The translations under genes and the position numbers were made by a program. Shown one piece after another: positions 63,496-64,000 of a stretch of 64,000 bases of DNA. This stretch comes from Botryllus schlosseri (lineage: Eukaryota), in assembly GCA_051294905.1 (NCBI GenBank), contig CM119371.1:8248001-8312000 (forward strand), read 5' to 3'. Within the stretch, counting starts at the first letter, position 1, and each line of letters opens with the position of its first letter. A model generated the notes under the pieces. It saw only the letters and a program-made list of their open reading frames with translations, searched no databases and was not told the DNA's origin.

Positions 63496-64000
63496 GTGAT
63501 GACTCTTGGCTAGCAATGGCTACAAGAACAACGCGCAATAGAACACCGATATCGCGATTCACAAAACAGTGACGCATGTTCTATAGTTTCACAACTAAAT
63601 TATTTCGTAATGCAACTAGAACTATTTGCTTTATAAAATTTGTTAAAGGTCATAAGTCTATTTAATCAGATGCACCGAAAACTCCATTGGAATTTAACAA
63701 TGTTAATCTTTTGATCAATGAAATAATTTAGCAGTCAGCAGAATTCCTAGAAAACATGATTTATCGTGTGCCGTGAGAAATACGAAGTAATCAAGCAGTT
63801 ATTTCTCACTGCAAAGTCTGATGGCTTTTTTCAGAGAAAATGTCTTGCGGGATTTTAATCTCTGTTTCAAACGATCGTGGATATTCCGGAGGGCTGCTAC
63901 CGTGCCATTCGAGACACGGTGTTCTGGTTGCGAGACACGATATTGCTTCCAGTTGACGGGCATATTTTCCAAAATTTATGAGAAGAATATATTCGTTCTT

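Overview
AT-rich, repeat-dominated eukaryotic (animal) genomic DNA. The repeat types suggest a marine invertebrate or deuterostome, but this is inference. There are no prokaryotic operons, rRNA genes or CRISPR arrays, and nearly all ORFs in the supplied track are spurious. One host gene crosses the first ~39 kb on the + strand as short, phase-compatible GT-AG exons (1404-1508, 5037-5159, 9903-9980, 10116-10283, 18221-18416, probably 38734-38785), and its first exon encodes an LRR motif. The introns and the remaining window are a dense nest of DNA transposons whose boundaries can be read from TIRs and target-site duplications (TSDs). These include about 20 hAT-type MITEs with 8-bp TSDs, nested up to four deep, and two Mutator/foldback-like MITEs with telomere-like cores. 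A ~13.4-kb PIF/Harbinger element (20176-33542) has a transposase that can be rejoined across a 5.9-kb CACTA-like insertion. An ISL2EU-like element has THAP-coding long TIRs and a YqaJ remnant. There are also Penelope retroelement fragments with minimal hammerhead ribozymes, tRNA-derived SINEs, a decayed LINE and a SAMD3-like gene remnant. An unexplained ~2.9-kb intronic island of decayed minus-strand reading frames with a 26/32-bp repeat array lies at 2050-4900. All alignments and translations were done by eye.
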